Shown: one piece after another, positions 18,006 to 25,883 of the stretch
How positions within the stretch are numbered: the first letter of the stretch is position 1
Layout of the letters: each line of letters opens with the position of its first letter
NCBI RefSeq assembly: GCF_000009045.1
Contig: NC_000964.3
Span: forward strand, 2,640,001-2,672,000
Length of the DNA: 32,000 nucleotides
Source: Bacillus subtilis subsp. subtilis str. 168
Lineage (GTDB): Bacteria > Bacillota > Bacilli > Bacillales > Bacillaceae
Direction: 5' to 3'
Program-made: the position numbers and the translations under genes
Notes under the pieces: model-generated
Seen by the model: the letters and a program-made list of their open reading frames with translations, nothing else
Told to the model about the DNA's origin: nothing
Database searches by the model: none

Positions 18006-18770
18006 TTAATCAGACCTTTTCTTTTTGAATAAGTTCTTCATTTTCATAAAAGGGCATTGTGACACTTGATTTTCATCATCTCGCAAGAAGTACTGTTTCC
18101 ACTCCAGATTGTCTTTTTTTCCATACCATCCTAAATGCGGATGGATAGGTACTTCATCATATGCCTCAAGCCTTTTTCGAATTTGCTTACTCATATTTCG
18201 TCCAAATGCAGTAGTATCATTTAGATCCTCAAAAACCCATCTAGGCTGAAACGTCAACATAAAATAAGGAAAACTTCTGCTTTTTCTTTTGCTGTGAGCC
18301 GGTGTAGCACACAGAACAAAATATGGTTCTCCATTAAAACAGTATTCCCATTGAAAGTTATCTGGATTTTCTGGTATATCATCTGGCCAATCAGCTGGAT
18401 CTTCCATACTCAATGAATTGAGCAACTGCCAAAACAACGATTCGTAATCCTCAATTTTGTAATCAGTCAGTAATTCTTCTGGTGTATGAAATATTACAGT
18501 TAATGATGCATACTTTCCTGTCTCTCGTGAAATAGTTCCATACCGAGTAAGCAATGGCGCTAATTCCTTCGCAGTCTCGGGATTCCTAGGATCACCGACA
18601 AAAGCAATTCGCAGCTGGTCGCTTAAAAATGCTTGCCTTCCCGGTATACAAGGAAATTTATTTTCTTTATCACCTATTTTTTCATTCAAATAGTTAAACG
18701 AATCTAATTGCCAACCAGGTAGCGTTTCTTTAATTTTTTCAAGATCACTTTTAGCATATAACTCAGTCAA
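18006..18770 (-). CDS. yqcI: YqcI/YcgG-family protein
   Basis: The track ORF runs to 18791. TTG 18770 is preceded by GGAGGTG plus 6 nt and gives 254 aa starting (M)LTELYAKSDLEKIKE. Confidence 0.8.
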   Translation of the reverse strand: MTELYAKSDLEKIKETLPGWQLDSFNYLNEKIGDKENKFPCIPGRQAFLSDQLRIAFVGDPRNPETAKELAPLLTRYGTISRETGKYASLTVIFHTPEELLTDYKIEDYESLFWQLLNSLSMEDPADWPDDIPENPDNFQWEYCFNGEPYFVLCATPAHSKRKSRSFPYFMLTFQPRWVFEDLNDTTAFGRNMSKQIRKRLEAYDEVPIHPHLGWYGKKDNLEWKQYFLRDDENQVSQCPFMKMKNLFKKKRSD

Positions 18771-19028
18771 TAAATCCACCTCCGAAGGCATTTATCATAA
18801 TGTATTGCGGGAGCACGAAGGAGGTGAATGTCTAATTACTTTTTCATATATCCAAATGAATATTAATTAATTAATTGGTTAAGTTTTAGTGGGTAGGTAA
18901 GTAATTTTCTTATCAAGAAAAATCCAGAATCAGTTCTGCGTTTAGCTGTACATGCACACTCAGCCCTCAAAACGACTAACGCTGGACTTTCTGGATGTTT
19001 TCAATTTTAAACTATCACAAGAATGACC

Positions 19029-19080
19029 GAAATTCCCTGTTTTTTGATGCCAAGTCATGGTACTCCCAGGAGGGAATTTC
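19029..19080. repeat. 10-bp perfect inverted repeat in the yqcI-rapE spacer
   Basis: GAAATTCCCT (19029-19038) and AGGGAATTTC (19071-19080), with a 32-nt loop. Confidence 0.7.
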
Positions 19081-19103
19081 ATAACTCTCTAAAGCAAAAA
19101 GTT

Positions 19104-19175
19104 ATTGCGGTCTCACCGAAAATTTAAATTGCGGTGCCCTATTTCCTTTTTCTGCGAACGAAAACTTGTTAATAT
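19104..19175 (+). promoter_or_regulatory. Candidate ComA tripartite box plus extended -10 promoter of rapE
   Basis: TTGCGG (19105-19110), tctc, ACCGAA (a degenerate CCGCAA half-site), 8 nt, then a second TTGCGG (19129-19134). TGtTAATAT follows at 19167-19175 with only a weak -35. Confidence 0.55.
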
Positions 19176-19212
19176 TTACAGTACTAGTAGAGTTAAGGGA
19201 AGGGTGAATATC

Positions 19213-20340
19213 TTGATATCAATCACATCAGCTGAAGTGGGAATGAAGATTAATGAATGGCATAGGCATATTCAAAAATTCAACGTAACTGATGCTGAAA
19301 TGTTAAAAGCTGAAATAGAACGTGATATAGAGGTTATGGAAGAAGATCAAGACTTGCTTATTTATTATCAACTAATGGCCTTTCGCCATAAAATTATGTT
19401 GGAATACACGCTGCCATCTGATGAAAACCGAATGGAACTTTCAGAATATTTAAATAAAATTGAGGGCCATAAGAAAAAATTAGACAATATGCGGGCATAT
19501 TATTATAACTTCTTCCGCGGGATGTATGAGTTTAGAAACGGTGAATACACAAGAGCCATTACATATTACAAAAAAGCTGAACGCAAAATTCCTACAATCT
19601 CCGACAAGATTGAAAAAGCTGAGTTTTATTTTAAACTGTCTGAAGTCTATTATCATATGAAAATGACACACATTTCGATGCATTACGCTGAGCTTTCATA
19701 CAACATTTATAAGAAACACGAGCTTTACTCTGTTCGTCGTATTCAGTGCCATTTTGTCATTGCCGGTAACTACGATGACCTTGAAAATCATGAAAAAGCT
19801 CTCCCCCACCTTCAAGAAGCTTTAAAAGGTGCCGAGCTGCTTAAAAGTAAAAATACTCATATCTATGCCACTGCGTTTTTCAATCTCGGCAATTGCTATC
19901 ACAAAATGGACAACTTAAATAAGGCTGCTCGTTACATCGAACAAGCCTTGGTTCAATACAGAAAAATTAACTCTGACGTACTTCCGCAAGCTTATCATGA
20001 CCTAGCGTTGATTTATTTTAAACAAGGCAAAAAAGAACAAGCAATGGATTGCTTCCGCAAAGGAATCAGAAGTGCTGTAGATTTTAAAGACGAACTATTT
20101 ATGAACTTATTTGAAGCATTAGACGTTCTTTATATAAGAAATGGCGATACACCTAAACTTCTCAACATTTTTTCTCGTTTAGAGAACGGCAAAGGATACC
20201 CTTATCTGGAAGAGCTGGCATTGTTAGGAGGCAACCTTTTCGATTATAATGGAAAAATAGAGGATAGTATCATCTGTTTCAAGAAGATGGTATATGCTCA
20301 AAAGCAAATATCGAAAGGGGAATGCATGTATGAAATCTAA
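19213..20340 (+). CDS. rapE: Rap-family TPR response-regulator aspartate phosphatase
   Basis: TTG 19213 is preceded by AAGGGAAGGGTG and gives 375 aa. Reads (M)ISITSAEVGMKINEWHRHIQKF...EEDQDLLIYYQLMAFRH, with TPR repeats throughout. Confidence 0.92.
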   Translation: MISITSAEVGMKINEWHRHIQKFNVTDAEMLKAEIERDIEVMEEDQDLLIYYQLMAFRHKIMLEYTLPSDENRMELSEYLNKIEGHKKKLDNMRAYYYNFFRGMYEFRNGEYTRAITYYKKAERKIPTISDKIEKAEFYFKLSEVYYHMKMTHISMHYAELSYNIYKKHELYSVRRIQCHFVIAGNYDDLENHEKALPHLQEALKGAELLKSKNTHIYATAFFNLGNCYHKMDNLNKAARYIEQALVQYRKINSDVLPQAYHDLALIYFKQGKKEQAMDCFRKGIRSAVDFKDELFMNLFEALDVLYIRNGDTPKLLNIFSRLENGKGYPYLEELALLGGNLFDYNGKIEDSIICFKKMVYAQKQISKGECMYEI

Positions 20341-20464
20341 ATTGTTTATCAGTTTATCCGCCGTTTTAATTGGACTTGCCTTTTTCGGATCTATGTATAA
20401 TGGCGAAATGAAGGAAGCATCCCGGAATGTAACTCTCGCACCTACTCATGAATTCCTTGTTTAA
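20330..20464 (+). CDS. phrE: Phr signalling pre-peptide (44 aa), internal pentapeptide SRNVT
   Basis: Below the track cutoff. ATG 20330 overlaps the rapE 3' end by 11 nt. Reads MKSKLFISLSAVLIGLAFFGSMYNGEMKEASRNVTLAPTHEFLV: a signal peptide plus a Phr-type maturation region. Confidence 0.9.
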   Translation: MKSKLFISLSAVLIGLAFFGSMYNGEMKEASRNVTLAPTHEFLV

Positions 20465-20496
20465 TTCGATAAACAACATTAGTTCTGATTCCCTTT

Positions 20497-20520
20497 AGCC
20501 GTTTCATAACGGCTTTTTCT
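20497..20520 (+). terminator. Intrinsic terminator after phrE
   Basis: AGCCGTT-tcat-AACGGCT followed by TTTTT. Confidence 0.8.
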
Positions 20521-20573
20521 TATTTCTAATACTGAAAAAATCTATCATACTTAAAGCTTTTGAGGTGAACATT

Positions 20574-20986
20574 TTGGACTTATTTGATGAATGCTTAGAA
20601 GCTCTAGGGAAAAACAAAGAAATCTTATCAGAAGAATTAACGGCAAAATATTATGAACTGCTTTCAAACAGTTTTCCCTTACATCTTGGGGACGAATCAA
20701 GTGGGAAGAAGTTTGTTGTCATCAATCTATAGATTACGAGGAAGAGATTTACGATTGGCTAGCTAAACACCATTTTAAAGATAGGAACATTATTATTCTT
20801 TGGGGTTACGGAGAACAGCCAGCATTAAAAACCAGTCTTGAGCATGCATTAAACGTAATTGATGATGTAACTGCCGTTGGATCGGATACTTTTATGTTTA
20901 GTGAATCTGGCTACGTTATCGAATTTTTTCATGATGGCGATGTTACAATTGGAAAGTCCCCTTTCATTGAAAGGATTAACAAATAG
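20574..20986 (+). pseudogene. Frameshifted ORF (~137 aa if repaired), unknown family, directly 5' of the LXG toxin gene
   Basis: SD GAGGTGA then TTG 20574. Frame A reads LDLFDECLEALGKNKEILSEELTAKYYELLSNSFPL... and stops at 20730-20732. Frame B is open from 20657 and reads ...SWGRIKWEEVCCHQSIDYEEEIYDWLAKHHFKDRNIIILWGYGEQPALKTS...VIEFFHDGDVTIGKSPFIERINK to a stop at 20984-20986. Confidence 0.65.
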
Positions 20987-21101
20987 GTAAAATGACACAG
21001 ATCGAATGATTCATTTCCACCATTTGATCCACATAACAGTTAGTTTCATCATTCTTCCATGGTAATATTTTGTTATGACGATTAAATGAAAGGATATGAT
21101 C

Positions 21102-22697
21102 ATGAAAGTATTTGAAGCCAAAACCTTGCTCACCGAGGCTGAAAAGCGAGCACAGGAATACAAAGATTTAAAAAGTAAAATGGTCAAATTAAAGAAAGCG
21201 TTCAAAGCTGTTGCAGATTTAGATGATAGCGAGTTTTCAGGCAAAGGCGCTAATAACATTAAATCATTTTATGAAGATCAAGCTGGCATTGCTGACCAAT
21301 GGATTGATTTAATTGAGATGAAAATTTCTTTCTTAACGAGTATTCCTGGTTTTTTAGAAGATGCCAACTTATCAGATGCCTACATAGAAGAAACCTTTTT
21401 AGCGCATGAGCTTGCTAACGCCTACACCAAATCAAAATCCATTATGTCTGAACAGAAAAAAGCCATGAAAGATATATTAAATGATATCAACGATATACTG
21501 CCTTTGGATCTGTTCTCGACAGAAACTTTTAAAAATGAACTTTCGTCTGCCGAAAAGAAACGAAAAGAAGCCATTGAGAAAATGGATGAAGTTGACCAAA
21601 ACTTAACATCAGAATACGGACTATCAGAAGCAAATGAACAAATGATTCAAGCTGATTATCAAGCTTTAATGAATGCGACAGCAAAAGGCAAAAGCGCCTC
21701 TCCTATTCACTATAATGCGAAGGCTTATAGAGACAGTGAGATTCACAAGATGACTGAGGATGTAAAGAAACAATCAACAGACTACATCTCTTTTAAGGAC
21801 CAACAGGCGGAACAAAGAAGAATTGCAAAAGAACAAGAAGAACTGGCGAACAGACCATGGTATGAAAAGTCTTGGGATGCTGTTTGTAATTTTACAGGAG
21901 AGGTCTCTGGATATTATGATTATAAAAGAGCCGCTGATGGGGTTGATCCTGTTACCGGCGAAAAGCTAACTGCTGGACAACGGGTCGCTGCCGGTGCAAT
22001 GGCTGCGGCAGGATACATCCCTATCGTAGGATGGGCAGGTAAATTAGCTAAAGGTGGAAAAGCTGTTTATTCAACAAGTAAAGCATTGTATAGAGCAGAC
22101 AAAGCTCTCGATGTATATAAAACACCTAAGACATTCCATGCCCTTCAAAACTCCAGCAAAGGACTTTATGGACTTGCTTCTGCAAATGGTTTTAGTGAAG
22201 CTATAACAGGACGCGATATGTTCGGGAATAAAGTCTCCAAAGAGAGGCAAGAACAGAGCCTTAGTGGTGCAATGGCAATGTTGGTTCCTTTCGGAGCTCG
22301 CGGAATTAACAAAAAGCTTAATGCAAAATCAAGTTCTCGAGTTAGCGAAGCATCGACTAACACCAGCAAAAAACCTAAAGTTCCTAAAACGTACAAAAGA
22401 CCAACTTATTTCCGTAAAGGCGTTAGAGATAAGGTTTGGGAAAATGCTAAGGATTCAACCGGATCTGTTAAAGACCCGTTAACAAAACAAGTAATGAAAA
22501 AAGATGAACCATGGGATATGGGTCATAAACCAGGTTATGAATTTAGAAAACATCAACAAAGTGCGATGGAAAGAAATATTAGTCGAAAGCAATTTTTAGA
22601 TGAACATAATAATCCAGACCACTATCAACCCGAATTACCTTCCTCCAATAGGAGTCATAAAGGGGAAGATATGACGGATGATTACTTTGGAGATTAA
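21102..22697 (+). CDS. yqcG: LXG-domain polymorphic toxin (type VII secretion substrate class) with a C-terminal GH-E/HNH-EndoVII-type nuclease domain
   Basis: ATG 21102 gives 531 aa. The N-terminus [20 protein letters not shown]...[18 protein letters not shown] is an LXG domain. A Gly/Ala-rich linker ([24 protein letters not shown]) follows. The C-terminus reads ...[17 protein letters not shown]...[13 protein letters not shown]. Confidence 0.92.
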   Translation: MKVFEAKTLLTEAEKRAQEYKDLKSKMVKLKKAFKAVADLDDSEFSGKGANNIKSFYEDQAGIADQWIDLIEMKISFLTSIPGFLEDANLSDAYIEETFLAHELANAYTKSKSIMSEQKKAMKDILNDINDILPLDLFSTETFKNELSSAEKKRKEAIEKMDEVDQNLTSEYGLSEANEQMIQADYQALMNATAKGKSASPIHYNAKAYRDSEIHKMTEDVKKQSTDYISFKDQQAEQRRIAKEQEELANRPWYEKSWDAVCNFTGEVSGYYDYKRAADGVDPVTGEKLTAGQRVAAGAMAAAGYIPIVGWAGKLAKGGKAVYSTSKALYRADKALDVYKTPKTFHALQNSSKGLYGLASANGFSEAITGRDMFGNKVSKERQEQSLSGAMAMLVPFGARGINKKLNAKSSSRVSEASTNTSKKPKVPKTYKRPTYFRKGVRDKVWENAKDSTGSVKDPLTKQVMKKDEPWDMGHKPGYEFRKHQQSAMERNISRKQFLDEHNNPDHYQPELPSSNRSHKGEDMTDDYFGD

Positions 22698-22711
22698 GGA
22701 GAGATTGTCTA

Positions 22712-23290
22712 ATGGGCGTAACACAAGAAAATAAAGTAATTGCTAGAACAGTTTTAGGAGCTTTTGGGGGGAAACCGAAGGTTACGAAATATTGGGATGA
22801 TAACAAGAATAGCAGCATAGATATTTTATCGGTTAGTGACCAGCCTCAGGAAGGTATCACGTCATATTCAACTCTAGGTTTGTCGGATCATTCTATTAAT
22901 TATGAGGTGAATGGCACTCCGTTGCGGATAGAAATCGTAGCTGCAATGGAGTCAGCTTCAGACATATATGCTAATGTTTTATCAACTTGTGCCTTTAATA
23001 TAATCAACTCAAATTTCACTTGTGCACCAGGTGTTATTTTTAAAAATGTGATTAGTATGTATGATCAGGAAACCGACATGAAACATATTATGTTCGTTCC
23101 CCCATTTTTATGGGAGGAAGATTTAGAACTACTTGAATTTAGTAACAAAAATGTTACTTGGCTAATGGCTTTACCTATATCCGAAGGAGAATTGCAAGTA
23201 GCTGAAAAACACGGCTCAGATTATTTACAAGATCTTCTGGAATCAAAACAGATTGATATTTTTGATATAAAGAGAGAATCTGTTGTTTAA
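22712..23290 (+). CDS. yqcF: Cognate immunity protein (SUFU-like fold) for YqcG
   Basis: 192-aa ORF starting 14 nt after the yqcG stop, with SD AAGGAGAG. This is the immunity-gene position in an LXG cassette. Confidence 0.88.
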   Translation: MGVTQENKVIARTVLGAFGGKPKVTKYWDDNKNSSIDILSVSDQPQEGITSYSTLGLSDHSINYEVNGTPLRIEIVAAMESASDIYANVLSTCAFNIINSNFTCAPGVIFKNVISMYDQETDMKHIMFVPPFLWEEDLELLEFSNKNVTWLMALPISEGELQVAEKHGSDYLQDLLESKQIDIFDIKRESVV

Positions 23291-23316
23291 TGACTTTAAT
23301 AAAGAAGAGTCACTTT

Positions 23317-23350
23317 ATAAGCCCCTCTCAATGAGAAGGGCTTATTTTAT
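23317..23350 (+). terminator. Intrinsic terminator after yqcF
   Basis: ATAAGCCC (23317-23324) / GGGCTTAT (23338-23345) followed by TTTT. Confidence 0.75.
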
Positions 23351-23407
23351 TTAATTTGAAATCAGCTGCAAATAATAGAAGAAAATGACTGAGGTAAGGA
23401 GAATTCT

Positions 23408-23554
23408 ATGATTAATGAAGAAAAACACACAAACCCTCAAGCTAATAACAATATATTTGGAAGGATAGATACCTGGTATTCTGTTCATAGGAGTTCGAAC
23501 TTGAGGGAAAATAAAGAAAGACCAGCTTATTATGTGGCTGGTCCTTATCTTTAA
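23408..23554 (+). CDS. Hypothetical 48-aa ORF (low confidence)
   Basis: SD AAGGAG plus 6 nt, then ATG 23408. Reads MINEEKHTNPQANNNIFGRIDTWYSVHRSSNLRENKERPAYYVAGPYL. Its 3' end runs through the yqxJ terminator hairpin and overlaps the yqxJ stop. Confidence 0.25.
   Translation: MINEEKHTNPQANNNIFGRIDTWYSVHRSSNLRENKERPAYYVAGPYL
23508..23543 (-). terminator. Intrinsic terminator of the yqxI-yqxJ transcript
   Basis: GACCAGC (23520-23526) / GCTGGTC (23537-23543). The minus strand continues TTTCTTTATTTT. Confidence 0.7.
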
Positions 23555-23913
23555 TTAAAGAAATGGTTATGTAAAGCTTTAGAAAATCCAAAACCTTCTT
23601 CTGGTCCCTTTAACCAGAGAGAAATAAACTTTTCGAAATCCACTTCTTTTTCAATATCTTTCAAAATTCTTTTAAATTCTTCAGTAAAGTTATGAAGAGA
23701 GACCTCTTCGCCATTTTTAATCTTATCAGTGTACTGGCTCGTTAACTCTCTTAATTCTTGATACTGTTTTTCACTTAAATCATAGGCCAAAACTTGATCA
23801 AATAAGCCAAACCGATCATAATCAGCTGCTAATTGTTGGACTAACCTTAGTTGAAAAGCCTGCTTCTCGACTTTTTTTTCTAGGTTGTCAAGCCTTTCTT
23901 CTACTGTTACCAA
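23551..23913 (-). CDS. yqxJ: Cytoplasmic all-helical protein of unknown function (possibly YhaI/DUF1878-like)
   Basis: 120-aa ORF. TTG 23913 is preceded by GAGGTGA, which sits immediately after the yqxI stop and suggests coupled translation. Confidence 0.8.
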   Translation of the reverse strand: MVTVEERLDNLEKKVEKQAFQLRLVQQLAADYDRFGLFDQVLAYDLSEKQYQELRELTSQYTDKIKNGEEVSLHNFTEEFKRILKDIEKEVDFEKFISLWLKGPEEGFGFSKALHNHFFN

Positions 23914-23928
23914 TTCAAATCACCTCAA

Positions 23929-24408
23929 TTAAAAAGCTAAGAAAGTAAATACACTTGCAATAGTTCTAGCTGTAGAAGATTTTACACCAGCATCAATTAG
24001 ATATGAGGAAACCGTGTCAATAATTGCGTCCTCCACAACGTCACCTCGTTTAACTAACTCGTCCAAAGCATCTGCTACATCATCAGTATGTTTTGCGAAT
24101 GTTTTTCCTGCTGATCCACCTAACTCATCGACTACCTCACCAACAATTCTCCCACCATGTCGAAGCGCACTGGCTGTTGCCTTCATTGCTTCTTTAGCAA
24201 TCCATTTTTTAATACCATTTGTGTGAAATTCACCAGATTGTTCAGTTGTATTAGTTGGTAATTCGGATAGTTTAACGGGAGTTTGATAAGTGACTTCCTG
24301 CTGTGCCTGTAATGTTACCTCTTGAGCTTTGGCATGTCCATCCAACGGAAGAACTAATGATAAAGAGAATGTTAATGCAGATGTTGCTAAAAGTAATTTC
24401 TTAAACAT
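23929..24408 (-). CDS. yqxI: Secreted protein of unknown function
   Basis: 159-aa ORF. Sec signal peptide MFKKLLLATSALTFSLSLVLPLDGHAKA. The mature part is predicted helical and ends in the hydrophobic tail TIASVFTFLAF. Confidence 0.8.
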   Translation of the reverse strand: MFKKLLLATSALTFSLSLVLPLDGHAKAQEVTLQAQQEVTYQTPVKLSELPTNTTEQSGEFHTNGIKKWIAKEAMKATASALRHGGRIVGEVVDELGGSAGKTFAKHTDDVADALDELVKRGDVVEDAIIDTVSSYLIDAGVKSSTARTIASVFTFLAF

Positions 24409-24433
24409 GAAATCAATCCCTTTCTTTTAAATT

Positions 24434-24454
24434 ATTTACATGTAAATGATAACA
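24434..24454 (-). promoter_or_regulatory. 14-bp perfect palindrome overlapping a candidate extended -10 of yqxI
   Basis: ATTTACATGTAAAT (24434-24447) is self-complementary. On the minus strand TGtTATCAT (24454-24446) overlaps it by 2 nt. It lies 26 nt upstream of ATG 24408. Confidence 0.5.
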
Positions 24455-24537
24455 TTATGTTCAGACTAGAAAAATAATACTTTTTACTCAAATATTAGAA
24501 TAATTTTGAACTATCTGTAACAAAATAAACATAAGTA

Positions 24538-24564
24538 TCTCCTTGAGAAAGATACTCAAGGAGA
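24538..24564 (-). terminator. Intrinsic terminator after cwlA
   Basis: 10-bp stem TCTCCTTGAG / CTCAAGGAGA with a 7-nt loop, 8 nt after the cwlA stop. The tail is T-rich but interrupted. Confidence 0.65.
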
Positions 24565-24572
24565 CTATTTAT

Positions 24573-25391
24573 TTACTTCAAGAGAGCTTCAAGTTTCGCT
24601 TTCGTTTTTGGTCCGTAAATACCGTCTTGAGTAAGCCCGTACATAGACTGGAATCGTCTAATTGCATCTGCTGTTTTCGGACCATACACGCCGTCAATGC
24701 CGTTGTTTTTTGCTCCTTTATCCGGGTAAAAGTATAGTGCAGCCAGTGCTTTTTGAATTTGTGTTACCTTTTCCCCTCTCATCATTGGGCTCTTCACTTT
24801 AAAAATACCGGATGGTAGCGCATATGACGTTTTTTTGCTGCTTGTGTTTGTTGTTTTCTTTTTAGCTACACTTGCTTTGCTTGAGTTTGTTTTTCCGCCC
24901 AACTTTTTCAATTCTGCTTCAATTGCAGTCTTAACTTGAATCCATCTTCCCTCTGACAAAATGCGGTGCGGGCAATACTTACCATTCCAGTCTTGATGTT
25001 TGCGGACTCGATCAATACCCCATCCACGTTCTTTAAGTAGCTGAGCCACAAACTTAATAGCAAGCTTTTCCGCTGCCTTATATCGTACCCCTCCTGACTT
25101 GCTATAACAAATTTCGACACCAATAGACTTGCGATTCCCTGTACCGTTTGTTCCATCTCCTGTGTGCCAAGCGTTACGATTCGTTGGAATACCTTGAATG
25201 ACTTGTTTATCGTCTACTGCAAAGTGAAAACTTGTTGAGCTAGAGTTATTCTTCATGTAAGAAATCTCATTGGCTGCTGAAGCATCATTCGCAGTGTTAT
25301 GAATAGTGATATATTCAGCTTTCATTGGATTAGGACATTTCAATCCATACTTTGATTTAGAGACTAGATTCTTTACAACTTTAATGGCCAT
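24573..25391 (-). CDS. cwlA: Prophage endolysin, N-acetylmuramoyl-L-alanine amidase
   Basis: 272 aa. Amidase_2 core reads ITIHNTAN...WHTGDGTNGTGNRKSIGVEIC. The C-terminal PG-binding repeat reads DGVYGPKTADAIRRFQSMYGLTQDGIYGPKT. Confidence 0.93.
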   Translation of the reverse strand: MAIKVVKNLVSKSKYGLKCPNPMKAEYITIHNTANDASAANEISYMKNNSSSTSFHFAVDDKQVIQGIPTNRNAWHTGDGTNGTGNRKSIGVEICYSKSGGVRYKAAEKLAIKFVAQLLKERGWGIDRVRKHQDWNGKYCPHRILSEGRWIQVKTAIEAELKKLGGKTNSSKASVAKKKTTNTSSKKTSYALPSGIFKVKSPMMRGEKVTQIQKALAALYFYPDKGAKNNGIDGVYGPKTADAIRRFQSMYGLTQDGIYGPKTKAKLEALLK

Positions 25392-25435
25392 ATACCCTCT
25401 CTCCTTCTGTCAGTAAGATAAAAAAAGCCACTGGC

Positions 25436-25858
25436 TTAGCCAGCAGCTTTGTCTGCGTTATTCTTACTCTGTTCTTTTTCGTTCTCAATTGTTTGTAATC
25501 GATCTGTTATTGATGATGGTATTTTAACACCAATCTGTGCTAAGTTTTCAGTTATTGACAAACCTTCATTAGCGATATAAAAAAGAACGGTACCAAAGGT
25601 TAAGACACCGTTCAAATTGAGTACTGTATCAATCACGTTTGCTAAAATGACCGCAAAGAAATTGAGTAGCTTGCGGACATAGCCAAACCATGCGCTTCGA
25701 CTTCGCAGTTTTTTGAATTTCCATGCCTTGATTACTCCTGTTAAAACGTCAATTATGCTAAGTACTAGAAGTAAATCAAGGTACTTCACCCCTCCAAATA
25801 AATATACTCTTGCTAAATCTAATGTTTCAAAATTGATAAACAAACTTGTCTCCTCCAT
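25436..25858 (-). CDS. yqxH: Phage holin (holin_4 / TcdE-like family)
   Basis: ATG 25858 is preceded by GGAGGAGGTGA and gives 140 aa. It has three hydrophobic segments and a charged C-terminus, and lies directly upstream of the endolysin. Confidence 0.85.
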   Translation of the reverse strand: MEETSLFINFETLDLARVYLFGGVKYLDLLLVLSIIDVLTGVIKAWKFKKLRSRSAWFGYVRKLLNFFAVILANVIDTVLNLNGVLTFGTVLFYIANEGLSITENLAQIGVKIPSSITDRLQTIENEKEQSKNNADKAAG

Positions 25859-25883
25859 TCTAATCACCTCCTCCGAGGCAAAT

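Noticed and set aside
18828-18866. 12-aa ORF (MSNYFFIYPNEY) after GAAGGAGGTGA
   Set aside because: The ATG follows GGAGG by only 4 nt, which is too close for initiation, and the peptide has no features.
18963-19082. 39-aa minus-strand ORF (MKFPPGSTMTWHQKTGNFGHSCDSLKLK...) spanning the 10-bp inverted repeat
   Set aside because: It has a weak SD, and its sequence is dictated by the repeat arms. It could be a remnant of a decayed gene, but I cannot support a call.
21011-21259. 82-aa minus-strand ORF
   Set aside because: It is antisense to the yqcG start region and has no SD.
24434-24447. Palindrome ATTTACATGTAAAT considered as an SOS (LexA/Cheo) box or CodY/Fur-type box
   Set aside because: It does not fit CGAAC-N4-GTTCG, AATTTTCWGAAAATT or TGATAAT-N-ATTATCA. 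It is kept as an unassigned operator.
24908-25156. 82-aa minus-strand ORF inside cwlA
   Set aside because: It is an alternative frame of the endolysin gene. The cwlA frame has clear amidase motifs.
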